Assembly: GCF_009914755.1 (NCBI RefSeq)
Contig: NC_060926.1
Reading direction: 5' to 3' (one strand)
DNA: 64,000 nucleotides
Origin: the human T2T-CHM13v2.0 reference genome, Homo sapiens
Shown here: positions 62,911 through 64,000 of the stretch, in pieces
Numbering within the stretch: the stretch's first letter is position 1
Layout: each line of letters opens with the position of its first letter
Notes under the pieces: model-generated
Seen by the model: only the letters and a program-made list of their open reading frames with translations
Told to the model about the DNA's origin: nothing
Database searches by the model: none
Made by a program: the position numbers and the translations under genes

Positions 62911-64000
62911 TTCCATGGCCTGCATCCCAGTAAAAGTAAAAGGATCATGGATTCATGGATGGTAGAGGAGCTTTGCCACATTCCACAGCATCAGCAGGAG
63001 TGAGGGTGAAAAGGTGCAGGCAGCTGGCTAGAGTCATGGGATCTCAGCCTCCCTGTTTCATCTGAGGCATTAGGTTGACAGACTCGTAGTGAGTCTGTTG
63101 GTGTGAGTGGGAGTCTTAGTGCCTGAGGAGTGGCGGGGAGGAGCCATTGGGTATTTTGAGAGGAAGATGAGGGGTAGCAGAGAGGCTTGAGCAAGGAGGC
63201 AGGGCTGATGAGGATAGAATCAACGGACTGCTGGATCAAAGAGCCAGGCAGCTGACCCTTAAGGGGCTCTGGCAAATGCCATATCAAAAAAAAAGAAAAA
63301 AAAAAAAAAAGAATTGTAACCAGTCTTGCCCTAATTGGAGAGCTCAATAATCTCCTTCTCCTCCCTCTCCCGTTCCCCTTTCTTCATCTTATTGTTTTTT
63401 AAACTAGAGATCAAATTGGCTCTCTGGCCCTGCCACTAGATTGCACCTGAGGAACCCAGACCAAGGGTTTGGCCAAGAAAGCCAAAGGGGAAGAGACTTC
63501 ATGAGATGTGGGAATTGCAGGCAGGGGGTTATAGGGGAGGGAAGAGGTAGGGGCTGGGAAGGGCTGCAGCAGGGGTGAAGCTGTGGCAGCGGACTCAACT
63601 CAGCAGACCATCTCCTTCTAGTCACTCTTCCCTGGAGTGTCCCTTCGACAGGGACAAGGTTTGAATGAGAGGCCCTCAGAGGAAGATGCTCAGGCCCCAG
63701 GCCCAGGGACCTGAGCTGAAATCTGCTGCCTGAGGGAAGTTTGAAAAAGCTTGCCCTGATGGTAACTGTGAAGCTGTGATTACTCAGGGCTCCCGGCAGA
63801 GCTCCTGGCAAAAATCATAGGAAGTGACTGGTATGGTAATTAGTGTGACTGAGAAGTCCAAGTCCTGGTTGAGATCCAGGGTGGGGTTCTTTCCATTGTT
63901 CTGTTTCTCATCTCCTCAGCCACAGCTGGAACCTCTACCAGTCTCTGCAGGCTGAGTTTGACCCCAATTCCAGTGTGGCAGGGACCACTAACTGTTGCCC

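Overview
Primate (very probably human) non-coding genomic DNA, judged from AluJ/AluS, a THE1 LTR and many MIR/L2/L1M/MLT1/LTR16 relics. I found no credible protein-coding exon, intact RNA gene or CRISPR array. The supplied ORFs look like chance GC-rich or repeat-derived frames. Most of the first ~35 kb is GC-rich and MIR/L2-rich, and the whole window holds only two Alus. Several enhancer-like motif clusters occur: a small CpG patch with HOX/PBX/octamer motifs, plus AP-1, TEAD, NF-kB and TCF sites. AT-rich nested L1 blocks lie at ~36-43 kb and ~54-57.5 kb. The most unusual structure is a ~385-bp, ~85%-identical inverted repeat that I cannot assign to a transposon (12196-12583 / 13092-13471), enclosing a 508-bp enhancer-like spacer. 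Smaller oddities are a tailless 35-nt U2 snRNA retrocopy with a target-site duplication (TSD), a 20-nt orphan poly(A) retro-insertion, a 37-bp direct repeat ~1 kb apart, a triplicated E-box/AP-1 module, and candidate + strand lncRNA exons at 32.5-35.5 kb. Repeat subfamilies and most old-repeat boundaries were assigned by eye and are approximate. I cannot assign a locus or gene name.
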